64,000 bases of DNA from Isurus oxyrinchus (taxonomy: Eukaryota), in NCBI GenBank assembly GCA_026770705.1, contig JANJGN010000018.1, positions 78,120,001-78,184,000 of the forward strand, in the 5' to 3' direction. The number at the start of each line of letters is the position of its first letter. Position 1 is the first letter of the stretch. The notes below the pieces were generated by a model. It was given only the letters and a program-made list of their open reading frames with translations, was not told where the DNA came from and searched no databases. Both the position numbers and the translations under genes were made by a program. Shown piece by piece: positions 13,682 to 26,669 of the stretch.

Positions 13682-14687
13682 GTATGTCTTTGGTTTGTCA
13701 CTCATCTATGTCCATTTGCTTCAAGATGTATTTACTTTTCGAACAGAACAGTGAAGTGTGCCATGGAGTGACATTATACCTTTCTTTTGTATAGTTTTCT
13801 GTGCTACAAATGGCTAAGCTCATTGGGAAAAACTGACATTGGAAATGTGTGGGTGTGATGCTATTGGGAACTTAAAAGAAGATAGAATAGTAGGAAAAAA
13901 TTAGTAATAAAACTTCCTGTTATCTTAAGACCATTTAATTTATTTGAATTGTGCTTCTTTCTAATGTGGATTTACCGTGCTTCAAAACTTTAAGTATATG
14001 ACCCAAGATTGTAAGTCTCAGGTCCCTTACCCTGTTCTAAATTTATTCCTTGCTCATGTCAAGCACTAACACAAAAGGACAGGACTGCAGAAAGATTCCT
14101 ATTAGGTCATATCTCTGCAACTGATCTTCCATTTTTGAGGTTCATGAGGACTGCCAGTGTACCCAATGTAGCAGATTGACATGTTGTGTAAATCTGAACA
14201 GCTGTACATATACTGAAGCTGCATAATTCAGTGCCAACTGTTAAGTTATTCTGATTGTCATCTGAAAGCAGCTTGAGGTGAATAATTTGACAAATTGTCA
14301 TGGGAACAGACTGAATGGGCCAGGGGCTTGATTAATATTGGTGACTGAAATTGAAGTAAGGAGCCGTCTAACAGGAGGGCACAACTTCAGAAAAAGAACA
14401 GTAAAGAACTGCAGCACTTGCAGGTGTGAATTCCACAGTTTAAATCAAAGGTTACAATTTTAGTTATTTCTTCAGCTTGACATCCTGATGGGCTGGAAAA
14501 TCAAGTACCAGGTTAGTAGGCACCTTGCAAGAGTTGAAAATATTACATAATCAGCAGAAAACAGGACAGAGTGGCAGAAAAGCACCCAACACAAAAAAGC
14601 CTGTGTGATTGTATTAGTGTTGAGGAGTCTGCATTCTGCATGTTAGTCTTCAACCACTAACCTTATTTTTTTTGTAATGATTGACAG

Positions 14688-14827
14688 GCTTGGAACAAAA
14701 GCTCCAAGCACAGCAAGAAAAAACAAAAACAATGGAGAAGGAGAAAGAGGACATGGAAGAAGCTATTGATGCCCTCCGAAAGGAGCTTAGCAAAACTGAG
14801 TTAGCCAGGAAAGAGCTCAGTATTAAG
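14688..14827 (+). CDS. CIP2A: CIP2A penultimate coding exon
   Basis: gacag|GC TTG...AAG|gtaaat, 140 nt; [11 protein letters not shown]...[21 protein letters not shown]. Confidence 0.95.
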
Positions 14828-16472
14828 GTAAATGATGTATTTAGAATTATTAATCTGTCTGCCTTTCAGAAGATTGTAGAAGCACATGTGATGATCACAA
14901 TATCCAGTTTGTATTGCTGCTCTCTCCCTGAGTTATACTATAATATGACAAGCCTTTGAATAGTGAGAATAAACTTCTGATTGCAAGGATTGCAGGTCCA
15001 ATTACAGGAGAAATTAGTGTCGCTGACTTTAACCTGAGAGAAAATCTAAGGCAAATTCAATATTTTATAACAGAAATTTAATTGGGGAACTAAAATGGCT
15101 GCTTAGAATAGTGGGTTCCAAAGCTACCTTTTCCCTCTCGATTTGGATATACTGTTTTGAACCCAGCACAGAATAATCTGATAGTCCTTTTTCAGTTGTT
15201 TTGGATAGAATTCCTTTCCAAGTTGGAGCACCTGTCATAATTCTACATAAATTGGCACCCACACTTAACAGCCTTAATAATGGGTGATGGGGGAAATTGA
15301 GAAATTCATTCTTCATGGCTGTTCTGAGTTTGGGATTAATCCAAAGTATAAGGAGCGATAGTCATTTATATTGACTGTGTCCAAAGTGCCCGTTAATGAA
15401 ATTTATAACATATGGTCCACTTTTCTATTTGTAAGGAAAAATAAGTAAACTTAACCAACAGTATATATTTGGTGTTTGCTGCAATTATACTGGAAAATAA
15501 TTGCACTAATGTTGACATGTTACTATTTTTTGTTGATGTGAATAGTAATTTTCTTTCTTCACAATTTTCTCTTGCTTTTTGAATAGAGAAAATGAACTAA
15601 TCACTCCCATATTTTACTTATGAATTAATTGATTTGGCTGATATTGTAATTTCACTTCATTACTGTTTGAGCTTTAAAAAGAAATACATTTTTCACATTT
15701 TGTATATCACTCTGGAGTGCCCCATTGAATGTACTTTATTCAATTACTTGTGAAATTTTAGTTGTAATATTTCATTCTGTTTCAATTTGTTTTGTGATGT
15801 TCTGGAACTCATGACTAATTTGGGCTGTAATTTGAAAAATATATTGGCCTGGAGGCTCTGTTAGGTTGTACTGTTTGTTTTTTTTCAGTGCGGTTTGTCC
15901 AAAATTGATCAAACTGGTGTAAAAGACCAATGAATTTCAAATGCACTTAACTTCCAACGCGGATTGAGTTTCCAAGATCTTTTGCTCACGAGCAGATAAA
16001 ATTGATCACCATTGCAAGTTTCTGCTAAATTGCTTCTCTTGTGAGCCTTCGAGCAGGCTCTAAAAATTGAAGTTCTATTTTCAGGGCTAAAGCCACTAGT
16101 AACTTTTAGATATTAAAAAAAGTATTTGCTAAAAAACAGACCAGTGTACAGCAATGAAACTAGTAAATTGTTCATTTTTTTTTTTGTAGTCATTCTCCAG
16201 CATTTAAAATAAAATTACTCAGCTGTTGGAATAGACCCATTTGATAAACCCATTTTCAGTTCTATTAGTAAAATTGCATCAGCTGACCACTTAAAATACT
16301 CCTTGATATATTTAATACAAAACAAATCTCTGAAATGCTGCCTAGTTGTGCTGTTCCTTGGTAGATTTTATTTTTGGCGATATGCAAATGAATTTGAATG
16401 GAAAATTGAGTAAAAGAAAAGTGCTTCAGAAAACTAGCATGACTTGCGATGCCGATTTGTGCCCAATGCAGA

Positions 16473-19400
16473 AACAAACATACAAATTATGAGCAGGAGT
16501 AGGCCATTTGGCCCCTTGAGCCTGCCCTGCCATTCAATAAGATCATGGCTAATGTGATTGTAACCTCAACTCCATATTCCCACCTACCTGTGATAACCTT
16601 TCACCCCCTTGCTTATCAAGAATCTACCTACCTTTGCCTTAAAAATATTCAGAGATGCTGCTACTACTGCCTTTTGAGGGAAGAGTGTTCCAAAGACACT
16701 CTACCCTCCAAGTGAAACAAAATTCTCCTAATCTTTGTCTTAAATGGGTGACCCTTTTCTTTTAAACAATGACCCCTAGTTCTAGATTCTCCCACAAGAG
16801 GAAACATCCTTTCCACATCCAACTTGTGAAGACCCCTTAGGATCTTCTATGTTTCAATCAAGTCACTCTTCTTAACTCTAGCAAATACACGCCGAGCCTG
16901 TTCCACTTTTCCTCATAAGGCAACCCTTCAATTCCAGGTATTAGTCTAGTAAACCTTCTCTGAACCGCCTCTAATACATTTACATCCTTCCTTAAATAAG
17001 TAGATTAATATCGCACATAGTAATCCAGATGTGGTCTCACCATTGTCCTGTATAACTGAAGCATAGTCTCTCTACTTTTATATTCAATTCCCCTTATAAT
17101 AACAATAACATTCTATTAGCTTTCCTAATTTGCTGTACCTCACAGAATTTTAACGAAACTGAAGGGGGCCATTTGGCCTATCATGTCTGCACCTGCTCTC
17201 CAAATGAGCATTATGACCTAGTGCCCTTGCCCTGTCTTTTCCTTGTACCCATGCCATTGTTTCTATTCACATAATCATCTAATGCCCTCTTGAATGCTTC
17301 GATTGAACCTGCCTGCACCACACTTGCAAACAGTGTATTCCAGACCTGAACCACTCACATTTGCTTCTTTTGCAAATCACTTTAAATCTGTGCCCTCTCG
17401 TTTTTGATCCTTTTACGTGTGGGAACAGCTTCTCCTTATCTACTCTGTGCAGCACCCTTGTGATTTTGAACATCTCTATCAAATCTCCTCTTAGCTGCCT
17501 TCTCTCCAAGGAGAACAGTCCCAACCTCTCCAATCTATCTTCATAACTGAAGTTCCTCATCCCTGGATCCATTCTTGTAAACCTCTTCTGCACACTCTCC
17601 AATGTGTCCACACCCTTCCTGTAATGTGGAGCTGTACACAGTACTCCAGCTGAGGTCTAACAAGTGTCTTATATAAATTCAGCATAACCTCCTTGCTCTT
17701 GTACTCTGTGTCCCTATTAATAAAACCCAGGATACTATATGCTTTATTAATTGCTGTCTCTACCTGTCCTGCCACCTTCAATGATCTATGCACACACACA
17801 CTGAGGTCTTTCTGTTCCTGCATCTCCTTCAACATTTCACCCCTTATTTTATATCGTCTGTCCATGATCTTCCTTCCAAAATGCACCACCTCACACTTCT
17901 CTGCAATGAACTTCATCTGTCACCTAGCTGCCCAGTCTACCAACTTGACTATGTCATCTTGAAGTTCTACACTCGTCCTCGCAGTTTACAACATTCCCAA
18001 GCTTCGTATCATCTGCAAACTTTGAAATTGTCCCCTGCACACCAAGATCTAGATCATAAATATATATCAGGAAAGACAAGGGTCCCAATACTGACCCCTG
18101 GGGCCCCTGCAAACCTTCCTCCAGCCCAGAAAAAATCCATTGACCATTACTCTCTGCTTCCTATTTTTTAACCAATTTTCTATCCATGTTGCTACTGTCC
18201 CTTTTATTCTCTGAGCAATAACTTTCCTCACAAGCCTGTTGTGTGGCATTGAAGCAAATGCCTTTTGAAAGTCTATGTACACCACATCAACAGCATTACC
18301 CTCATTGACCTTTTCTGTTACCTCTTCATAAACTCTAGCTAGTCAGTTAAACGCTATTTCCCCTTTAGAAATCCATGCTGGCACTTTCCTATCAACCCAT
18401 ATTTTTCCATGTGAATTGTTTCACTGAAATTAAACTGACTGATCTGTAATTGCTGGGCTTATCCTTCAAACTTTGTTGACAAGGTTGTAATGTTTGCAAT
18501 TCTCCAGTAGCTTGGCACCTCCCCTGAACCTAGGGAAGACTGAAAAATTGTAGCCTGTGCCCCTGCAATTTCTGCTCTCTCTTCCTTCAATATCCTTGAA
18601 TGCATCTCATCCGGTCCCAGCGCCTTGTCAACTTTTAAGTACTGACTGCCTATTCAACACTTCCTCCTTATCAATTTTGAACCCTTCTGGTGACAGAGTT
18701 TCCTTGTCTGTCACCATGGCTGAGGTAGCATCTACTTCCTTGGTAAAGAAGGATGCAAAGTATTCATTTAATACCTCAACCATGTGTAAATTCCCCTTTA
18801 GGTCCCTAATCGGCCCTAGTCCTCCTTTTACTGCCCTTAAACTATTTATATGCTTATAGAAGACTTTGAGATTCCCCTTCATGTTGGCTGCCAGTCTTTT
18901 CTTACAACCCCTCCTCACTTCTCTATGCTTTTTCACCTCGCCTCTGAACCTTCTTTATTCTTCTGGGTTCTCAATTGTTTTTTCTATCTGTCATAAGCAC
19001 ACTTTTTCTTCTTAATTTCTATCTCCTTTTTCTTCCAGGGAGCTCTGGATTTGTTTGCCCTACCTTTCCATTTCGATGGAATATACCTAGACTGCCTGAA
19101 CCAATTCTGTTTTGAAGGTAGTCCATTGTTCAGCTACAGTTTTTCCTGCCAATCTTTCATTCCAGTCTATCTGGCCCAGTTCCATTCTTTCCCATCAAAG
19201 TCGGCTCTCGTCCAGTTAACTATTCTTACTCTGGATTGCCTAGCATCTTTTTCCATCATCTGAAAACGTTCATTACAATGATCACTGATCCTAAATGTTC
19301 CCCCGCTTGATCTACTTGGCCCACCTCATTTCCAAGAACCAGGTCCAATAGTGTGTCTTTTCTTGTTGGATTGAACACTTGCTGCTGTAGAAAATTTTCC

Positions 19401-19925
19401 AGAACACAAGTTAGGAACTTTTGCCCCTCTCCACCTTTTACACTACCACTGTCCCAGTCTACATCGGAGTAATTGAAATCCTCCATTATAACTACTCTAT
19501 AATGCTTGCATCTCTCTGCAATTTCCCTGTTGATTTGTTCTTCTACATCCTTCTCACTAGTTGGCAGTCTAAAGACTACACCGAGCAATGTAATGGCCCT
19601 CTTTTTTTTGTTCGTTAGCATCGTATTTCCGCATAGCAATCTGCACCTATAATTCCCCAATCTTATTTACTATTTTCCGTGCATTCACAAACGTACATAG
19701 TAACCCTGATTTAGACTGTAACTTTCTACGTCATCCTGACTTCACCTATTATTAACTTACTATTCTCTATACCAGTGCTATCTGTTCCTCCCAGTATTTT
19801 GTGCACTCTGGCATTCCTCTCTAATATTGCATCTCCTTGCATATTCCTCTCTATTACCTGCATACTAACCTTTTACAATTCATGCACTAGGACACCCAGA
19901 TCCCTCTGCATCTCAGAGCTTTGCA
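16473..19925 (-). mobile_element. Nested CR1 LINEs in the last CIP2A intron (inner copy about 17141-19854)
   Basis: Inner copy has endonuclease (DFNY, LLDLVLGN) and RT fragments (DFQKAF, LVRPQLEYCVQ, RLERLGLFSLE). The outer copy reads through TGCTGTACCT^GCATACTAACC with TACCT duplicated. Confidence 0.92.
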
Positions 19926-20088
19926 CTTGAAACCATTCTGTATCATTTTTGGTTATTTGCTTCCTGAATAAGGAAAGTATTTATGTTCAGGAACAGATAT
20001 TTAGAAATTAGTTTTGTTTTACATAAATAAATTTGTTGTTCCACAGTCCTGCCTAATATGGATGTTCATTTTGTGTCTTGCCCTGCAG

Positions 20089-20259
20089 TTGTCATCTCTA
20101 GAAATGCAAAAGTCCCAGGTAGAAGCACGATTGCAACAAAAAGAAGCCCTTGTCCAAGCCCAACAGGATGAACTCAACAAACACTCTCAGATGATAGCAA
20201 TGATTCACAGCTTGAGTAGTAGCAAACTACAATCAAATACAGTAAATCTCAGTCTGTAA
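20089..20259 (+). CDS. CIP2A: CIP2A last coding exon with stop
   Basis: tgcag|TTG...TAA; ...[32 protein letters not shown] matches the human C-terminus [32 protein letters not shown]. All nine exons join in frame (1191 nt). Confidence 0.96.
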   Translation: MSSLEMQKSQVEARLQQKEALVQAQQDELNKHSQMIAMIHSLSSSKLQSNTVNLSL

Positions 20260-21214
20260 CCTTGTTTCTTGGGATTTTGTTGAGAGAAATGGGGATTGAC
20301 TTCGTTTGTTTATAGTCCTTGCATCTGATGCATTATATATCTCCCCTATGGGATTAAGACTACAAATTACTTTTAAATAAGAATTTGTAACCATTAAATA
20401 TCAATAATATTTTTAAAAATTTGCTTCAGAAGTGAGTGTTTGACATTGCCAAAGTGCTGAATTGAACTGTTTTGAGCACATTCACTGGCAAGAACTTAAT
20501 GGTATTGCGGTCTTTAAATTTAGTGTAATAATTCAAAACTATTTCTGACTGCATTATCGGACTCAACATGTAGCATATTACACCCTTTGGCCGCAAACTG
20601 ACTAATTGTATAGAGAGTTCAGGTCAAGACATGTACTATTTGGGTTAGTACTGTATCTTCTGAGTAGTTATTACTTTGACATTGGATGATAGCTGTGTCC
20701 CAGTGAGAAAAATGCAAAACTTGAATTTTCAAAATTATATTAATAGTAGATGCAATTCTGTCTTCATACTACTGTCCTGGATTCCGATGCCAAATGCATC
20801 ACAGCTATAATTATTCTAGCAGCAATCCATTTTATCTTAATCATAAAAAATAACTTAATCATGTTATTGATCAGCTTATGCGTAATGTAAATGTATGAAA
20901 ATTTTATATGCTTTTCAATGTTTTTATGAATGTCCCTCACCAAACTGGGAAAGCACTGCTCCAAAATTAAAAAAAAACAACTTGCAGATTTTGGGTTCAA
21001 AGTAACCAACATTATCTTACCACAAATACATAGCAGTAATTTGCCTTGTACATTCCTGTCACTTGTGTTTGCTTCCTGTTCACCTTTGTAATGAATTTTG
21101 ATAGTGTTTTAATCTATGGTGTCGTCTCTAGAGATGCTGTCTCACTTTCAATTCGTTGTGTACGGCCACACAAATGTATTACACTTTTACTTTCCTTCCT
21201 TTCCCCCTTGAGAA

Positions 21215-21220
21215 AATAAA
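21215..21220 (+). promoter_or_regulatory. Candidate CIP2A polyadenylation signal
   Basis: AATAAA about 950 nt after the stop, following an AU-rich 3' UTR-like stretch. No transcript evidence; nearer ATTAAA hexamers also exist. Confidence 0.4.
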
Positions 21221-21534
21221 CCTTTTCAAATTAAAAATATGCTTAAAGTTGAATGCAAACTATGATTCATACCACACATATATGCTCAAACTTTGTTTTC
21301 TTCTCAGAAGGCTGGTGTTTAAGCTTTCAGGGAAATGTTCGCAAATCTCAAAGCTGCAAATGTATTGTTCAAGCTCTTCTCACCTTTCATGCCCATCCAT
21401 CCTCTGGCTATGTACTTCCTCACATCCCATCTGTTCATACATCATGCCCACTCTGTCATCCCAACGAAATTTCATGTCTTTCCCTGAAACTCATTCCATT
21501 GGCTGAACGTTATGTCATTATAGTTACTCATAAC

Positions 21535-21985
21535 TATGCATGATGGTTTCATCCTGTGCCAGTCCCAGCTCCCTGACATCTTCAGACTTACAAGCACACC
21601 TAAGGGGTGACTTCTATGAGACAAAGCATAACCATTGAAACCTCGGCTGATATTATTTGCAGAAACTCAGACAATGAAGCACATCAGTGCTACAATGAAT
21701 GGTATATGACCACCAGGTCAGTGGTCAAACAAGTCATTAGCAAGTTAAAGATGTACTTCAAGTGCCTAGACAGGTCTAGAGCCACCCTTCAATAAGCGCC
21801 AGTAAGGATTGCTAGAATGGCTCTGGTTACTGCACTCTGCACAATATTGCAGAACTATCTTTTTTTATGTTTGGACATCAGTTGCACATTGAATGAGTGA
21901 AAGCCTTTGTGGTTGATGAATACTCCTGTGCGATCTGGGAGTGTTCTGATTTGCCATGTGCAGTTGGCCCTGTAGATGTGGGAAA
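21535..21985. pseudogene. PIF/Harbinger transposase remnant (HARBI1-like DDE)
   Basis: + strand HDGFILCQSQL..G*LL*DKA*PL..YNE..TRSVVKQVISKLKMYFKCLD; - strand VFINHKGFHSFNVQL. Confidence 0.8.
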
Positions 21986-24769
21986 TTATCCAGAGCTGCA
22001 AACTCGAGCACCTGCTCATTCTAACTAACATCATCACAGACAATGTTATTTTAATTGCTGTCCCTCAGTTACCTGTCTTCTGCATTTTTGGCATGCAAAT
22101 TTGGATATCCTGAATATGTCTTCAACAGAATGACCCAAGGAAAAAAGGCTGAAGGTGTTGGTGACTTTAACAGTCACTGGTAAATTTTAAGGTAACCAAA
22201 ACATCACCTATCCTGATGATATAAAACAAAACTTCAAAGTGTATTAAGTACATTCAATAAAATTACTGTAAACATGCTTTCCCACTAGCAGATAAGAAAG
22301 CGGCTGTGAGTATGGAATATTTATTACATTTCCATGAAATTAATTGACTCCCTCTTTTGCTACCATGTTATAATCTTGTTTTCAGCGGAAAGTTTCAGGA
22401 AGCCCATGGATCTGATGTTAAGTTCAAAACCCTGTAAATATCACTAATTGTTAATATGTTTAATTGGCAAGTTGCCTCTTCTGAGGGAGTTGGCCGCATG
22501 CAGCCTAACACACTCGAGTGAAAAATCAAGATAGCGGGTTGGAACTGGGTTCCTAACTTGCTGTTTTACCCTGGTTTTTACACCTTCCCCTTCACCCCCC
22601 ACCCATCCTCCCCAACACAAGCCTGCACCTGAACCAAGACACTTCTATGTTAAAATTCTCCTATAAATCTAGCACAGGTCTTGATATAATATAACAACAT
22701 TAAAATTGTAATAGAAAATGATTAGAAGCTTAATTTTCCTGGTGCAATGAAGGTGGATTGGGGTGAAGTGGTGATTGCAGTGGGGAAATAGTGGGTTCTA
22801 CCAGACTGCTAGCATATATGGGATCTTGCATTTTTTACTACTTTACATTTACTGATATTTGGTAAGAAATGGCAATGAGACCCAGGAATTCACAGAACAT
22901 TTATTACAGTTAATTAACTTGTGCAGCCATGGAACCCTTTGGTTAGCCCCTACCTATGCTGGTTTCAGTCACACTGCCAAACTCACTGTAGGCAACCAAG
23001 TATAAGCCCATAATTGGAGGCTTTTGGCTACAGAACTGTACACACGCAGCCATTGAATGGCACCACCCCTCTTACAGACCCAATGCATTTTCACCTTAAG
23101 TAGAGTTATCAATCAAATCTATTACTTTGAAAAGATTCTTGGATTGTCAGTCATGTACGGTATTTCAATTGAATGGCTTGACACCTTTCTGAAAAACGCA
23201 TGAATCTGAATCCAAAAAATTCGATCAATCTGTGATTTCAAGATTTAAAGTGACCAGATAGCCAGAAGGAATGTTACTGAACAAAATGATTCCGATGGCT
23301 CTAAACTGAACAGACAGTATATCTAACCAATGATACAAATAAAACAAGCAATCATAATGTATAACAAGACAAACATTAAAATAAAAAGTATAAAATAATA
23401 AAGGATTGTCAAAATATGAACATTTCAGCATACAAAATTGCAGAATGCAGATCTCAATTTACAGAATAAAAATGGAAGGTCTACAATACTCTTACATTTT
23501 GTATTAAAATCCATAGATCATATGTTGTCAGGTTGAATTCATTAAATTCTCAATCATTTACATACTATTTGAGTTTTATGATTGGGTTGTTTCGCACTCT
23601 TTGTTCTATATCTCATTTGTGGAATGGTGTCTCCTCAATTTGATTGCACATTTACTTTTGTGTGGTTGTGGCAAGAGATAGAGGCAATGGAAGGTGAGAT
23701 TCAAGAGTTTTCCAGCAAAGCCCAATGAGCATTTTTTCTGCCTTTCAATAAAGGAACACTTATGCAGTTGTTTGTGTCAAAGTAGCTTTGGTATGCATAC
23801 CCTAGGATCCTTAGTGCTCATTTCTGAATGCTTTCAAACTTGTTCACATGCTTTTTGATAAATCCAGCATTCTAAACCAGCACTGCATATTCAATAATGT
23901 TTCTTACGAAACTATTAATTACAAGTGAATAGGTCGGTTTGAGATATGTCATAATGCTTGAGAAGACGTAGTATGTGAAGTCTTCTATTTGCCATCATAA
24001 TCATTTCACATACTTGGCAATCCCATTTAAGATTGCTTTGAATGCAGATTTCTAATAGTTTAATGCACACTTGTCACACAGTCTCAGCATTGTCTAAGTT
24101 GATGAGAGGAGGATTGCATGTGAAATACAATCCCTTAGCATTGCACTGGGGTTCAGGTCATGTAGAATTTGATCAATGTTAAACTGGTTGAAGTCTCCCA
24201 CTATGAAAATGGAGACATCCGGGTGAAATAATGTTGTCTATTGTTGATTGAATATGATCAATAAACAGCTCTGCAATGGCATTGTATGGCTGGGGAATAG
24301 ATTATTGCTGTGAAGAAACTAAAATAGGTTGAGGTAATCTTGCAGGTCTCACTTCAGTCCAAAAAAAGGAGCCTTGGAGTTTAACTAATTTTCCAACAAA
24401 GCATAATACAGCACACTTCCTATTAGTCAGGATGGTGTTTTCATCTATTGTATACTTGGAGAAGAGGGTTCAGAAGCAAAATGTAGAAGAGATAATCAGA
24501 CACAAAGGGATGGAGTGGTAGAATATCCCAAGCATAAGTGAACAGACTTACTCCAGGGCTTTCATGTGCCAGCCTTGTAATACATCACTGAAGCAGCTCT
24601 ATCTACCAAATGAGAAAAAGTAGCACTTTGTTGTGACTTAAGCAGCTGACCAGTTATCTGGCCCACTAAATTTGACACAGTATCCCAGAAATACGAATGT
24701 TGTCCTGATTTATGTAGCTTTAGATCAGCTCCCAGATTCGTTGGTAGCATTAAAGTGAAACAGTTACTT

Positions 24770-25910
24770 GTTGTATACCTCAATAAGATCACTTCTCAAT
24801 CAACTTTATTCTAGGCAATGTTTCTCCAGTCTTTCCTGTTGTTTTCTGACCTCAAGGAGATGGGTATCAACTTGGAATCAGCCTCGTGACTCTTAGCGTT
24901 TAGAGAGGAAAGGTGTGATACAAATATCAGACTTGGTATCAGTTAAATACAATCTGTAAGAAGCTAAAAATTATTAAATATATTTATTTCTATTTTTTAG
25001 TATTCTTTCTTCTCCTTTACTGTTACGTCCATGTGCATAGCTTGTTTATAAAAAGGCCATGTCTTGTATGTAAGCTTTCAAGACTCAATAAAAATCGTAT
25101 ATAACAGGCATATTTATTTAGCAGGCTAAGTGCACTAGTGACCTGGCATTATAGCTTTAATTGCATCTATGCTACTATGGTTTTGTTTGTAAAAAGTCTA
25201 CCTTTATTAACACTGATGCAAATTATTTGGAAGTGCCAGAGCAATCACTAAGATCAGTACAAACGCAGCAGCAGCAGCAATTCCCCCAAAATGCTGATGT
25301 TTTTGTCTTTCCTCTTGCATTCTTGAGTCTGAAATTTGAACAAAGTACACTTTAGCAAACTTCATAGAATTCACACACAAAATACATCTGTAAATTTAAA
25401 ACTAAAGAAACACAATAAATAGGGGATTTCAATAAAAAGTAACTGCAGATGTAAATCTAATAAAAATGCTAGAAGCAACTGGGGTTTCTGAGAACAGCTA
25501 TAATAATACTCAAAAGAAACAAATTGGATGAAGTATGCACTCATAATGATGTAGAAATAACTAAGGATGGTGTCATAGGATGCCATAACATATCACACCA
25601 ATGCAGAACAGTAATCAATAAAGTTGGTAAATGCTAGGCTATAGGGTCAAAACAGTCAAATGGTAATCACAAGAAGTAATCCTCTGGTATAGTGCACTGG
25701 TTGTACATAAGAAACCTGTTTTTTGAGTACTGTGTTCCGTTCTGTCTTGCAAGAGACATTCAAATACTGGAGGTGGTGCTGCAAAAAGTCACGAGGCTGA
25801 TTCCAAGACTCCTGATACCCATCCCCTTGGGTCAGAAACAACAGGAAAGACTGGCGAAACATTGCCTGGAATGAAGTTGACTGAGAGGTGATCTTATTGA
25901 GGTATATAAC
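24770..25910. repeat. Inverted repeat pair (24770-24897 / 25781-25910) bracketing the HHLA2 TM exon
   Basis: About 130-bp arms with roughly 10 substitutions and 3 indels by eye; both derive from a decayed CR1 segment (..LRGDLIEVY). Confidence 0.88.
25207..25328 (-). CDS. HHLA2: HHLA2-like transmembrane exon with stop
   Basis: tttcag|AC TCA...TAA, phase 1; DSRMQEERQKHQHFGGIAAAAAFVLILVIALALPNNLHQC*. The five exons total 1104 nt (367 aa). Confidence 0.8.
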
Positions 25911-26289
25911 ACCGTAAATGGTACAACAGGAAAATCTGGAAATTACATCAAACTAAATTGTGAGAGGAAAACTAGGGTGACAATTGATCTAACGAGTAAA
26001 AGGCAAATTTAGGACTGAACATCAGAATGTTCTTCATACATAGGGCAATCAACACATGGAAGAAAGAGGGAATGCAAAATATTGATATAGTCAAGGACCT
26101 CCAGATAAACAAGATGGTGTTTCCAAGCCGAGTTTGCTTCAAATTGGTGGATCATAGTAAAAGGGAGGATGAAAATATAAGGCAGGAATTTCACTCAACA
26201 AAATATATTTCCACTGGGATGGCTGGTCTCGTGTGTGTATCTCATGGTCTGTTGAACACAGTTTTCCTTTCTAACTCAGCAGCGTAGTA

Positions 26290-26638
26290 CAGGTTGAGTA
26301 TCCTTTATCCGTAATTTTGAAAATTGACCACATCCAAAAAGAACACTTCTTTTGAATCTCATCAACTTTTAGCATGGGAAGTCTAGTTGTTCATCTGCAC
26401 AGTTTACCTTGCAATTTTTGTAGTGAACATGTCAAAAAGAAACTTAATACACATAACCTAGATTTATTATACAGTGATACATCTTACTTTTCTAGTTATT
26501 TTATTTGCTTCAGGCTATAGCTAGCCTAGGCTTAGGCTATTGTAATGCAAGTTTATATGCGATATCCAAAAACCAAAATTATCTGAAATCCAAACTTCAG
26601 TCAGCTCAGAGGGTTTCAGATAAAGGACACTTGACCTG
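26290..26638. mobile_element. pogo/Tigger-type MITE (349 bp)
   Basis: TA|CAGGTTGAGTATCCTTTATC...GATAAAGGACACTTGACCTG|TA: TIRs with TA target duplication. Confidence 0.85.
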
Positions 26639-26669
26639 TATTTAAAATTGTATTGTGTAATTGTATATG

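Noticed and set aside
22205-22240. CTGATGA as another hammerhead
   Set aside because: No GAAA box and no pairing stems.
25264-25280. (CAG)n read as polyQ on the + strand
   Set aside because: It is the antisense of the GCT Ala codons in the HHLA2 TM exon.
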